NCBI RefSeq assembly: GCF_006345805.1
Contig: NC_042998.1
Span: 172,422,001 to 172,486,000, forward strand
Source: Octopus sinensis
Taxonomy: Eukaryota
Direction of reading: 5' to 3'
DNA: 64,000 nucleotides
Made by a program: the position numbers and the translations under genes. Positions 62,601 through 64,000 of this stretch are shown here, one piece after another; the first letter of the stretch is position 1; each line of letters begins with the position of its first letter. The notes under the pieces were generated by a model. That model was not told the DNA's origin, ran no database searches, and worked only from the letters and a program-made list of their open reading frames with translations.

Positions 62601-63129
62601 AGTGATTGTCAGGCAAAATTCATTCACCTACCATTTCAGCGTCTCATCTTTTCTCGTATGAACATATGTGAATAATTTAATTGCACGATAGTAGACGAGA
62701 TGACGGAAGAGGTGTTCTAAAACTGACTGCAGAAAAAGATATCTGAGAAACAGAGAAAAACAAAACTATATCTAAAAAATGTTAGATGTTTCATTTACTT
62801 AGTGCCAACCAATCAAATAACCAGAATGTTAACTCAGAAAGATGGGTTACGACGCAGCGTATAAAATAACATTTAAAATCAGTACTTAGACATCTTTTGA
62901 TTACTTAGCAATGCTTTTAGGAAGAAAGCTTTCATTTGATTTCATTATTTCCCTTTATAAAGGTTTATTTTATCTTTTTCTTTCTCTTATTTTAACAGAG
63001 ATTTTGTCAAATACATTATTGCCATTATTACATTGAGATGTAACTTCTTGGTTGCTATTTGAAAGTGACCGAACACTACTTATTCCTTATAGATGCAAGC
63101 CTTATAGCTAATCATCACTTATTATTATC

Positions 63130-63340
63130 TTAGGATGGTGGGTTTGTAGAAATGTTGGAGTGTCGGGAGAAAATATTTTGCAATATTTGTTCTGGTTCAC
63201 TGAAATGAATTTCCACTGAGGTCGGCTTTGGCTTTCATCTTTTGAGGGTATATATAATAAATATCAGTTGAGTTCTGGGATCGGTACAATCATTTATCTT
63301 CTCCCACCTAAAATTAGTGTCCTTGCTCCAAAATTTGAAT
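63130..63340 (+). mobile_element. SINE family M diverged monomer
   Basis: ccactgaggtcggctttggctttcatcttttgaggg...aaattagtgtccttgctccaaaatttgaa. Confidence 0.65.
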
Positions 63341-63343
63341 CAT

Positions 63344-63498
63344 AGATGCAGGGGTGGCTGTGTAGTAAGTAACCTGCTTACCAACCACATGGTTTCGGGT
63401 TCAGCCCCACTGCATGGCACCTTGGGCAAGTGACTTCTTCTAAAGCCTCGGGTCGACCAAAGCCCTTGTGAGTGGACGGAAACTGAAGGAAGCTCGTC

Positions 63499-63499
<1 letters not shown>
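63344..63499 (+). mobile_element. SINE family A 5' half
   Basis: ggggtggctgtgtagtaagt...gggttcagcccc...accttgggcaagtgactt. Confidence 0.85.
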
Positions 63500-63963
<464 letters not shown>

Positions 63964-64000
63964 TTAGAAGAAATGAGGTACTCAGAAAATCGGATGGTTT

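Overview
AT-rich, repeat-saturated eukaryotic genomic DNA, intergenic or intronic, with no convincingly supported host gene, rRNA, true tRNA or CRISPR array. The repeat content (CORE-like tRNA-SINEs, dense di/tri/tetranucleotide microsatellites, TTAGGG) resembles an octopus/cephalopod genome; this is an inference from family resemblance. The window contains decayed CR1, Tx1/L1, RTE and R4/Dong-like LINEs, Penelope-like (PLE) GIY-YIG remnants, Gypsy LTR/pol, mariner, hAT, a MULE-like TIR element, Helitrons and at least four SINE families. The most interesting signals are: (1) a set of type I hammerhead ribozyme motifs linked to PLE ends, including a cluster at 34.6-35.7 kb with palindromic stem III and one U3-A8 compensatory core; (2) SINE multimers with a fixed 184-186 nt unit junction at four loci; (3) a 3.2-kb composite Helitron; (4) a 3.9-kb inverted-repeat cassette around a GIY-YIG remnant; (5) a 235-bp templated insertion inside a SINE; (6) (AAT)n tracts acting as landing pads for R4-type elements. 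All alignments, translations and folds were done by eye, boundaries are approximate unless a motif is quoted, and no database searches were run.
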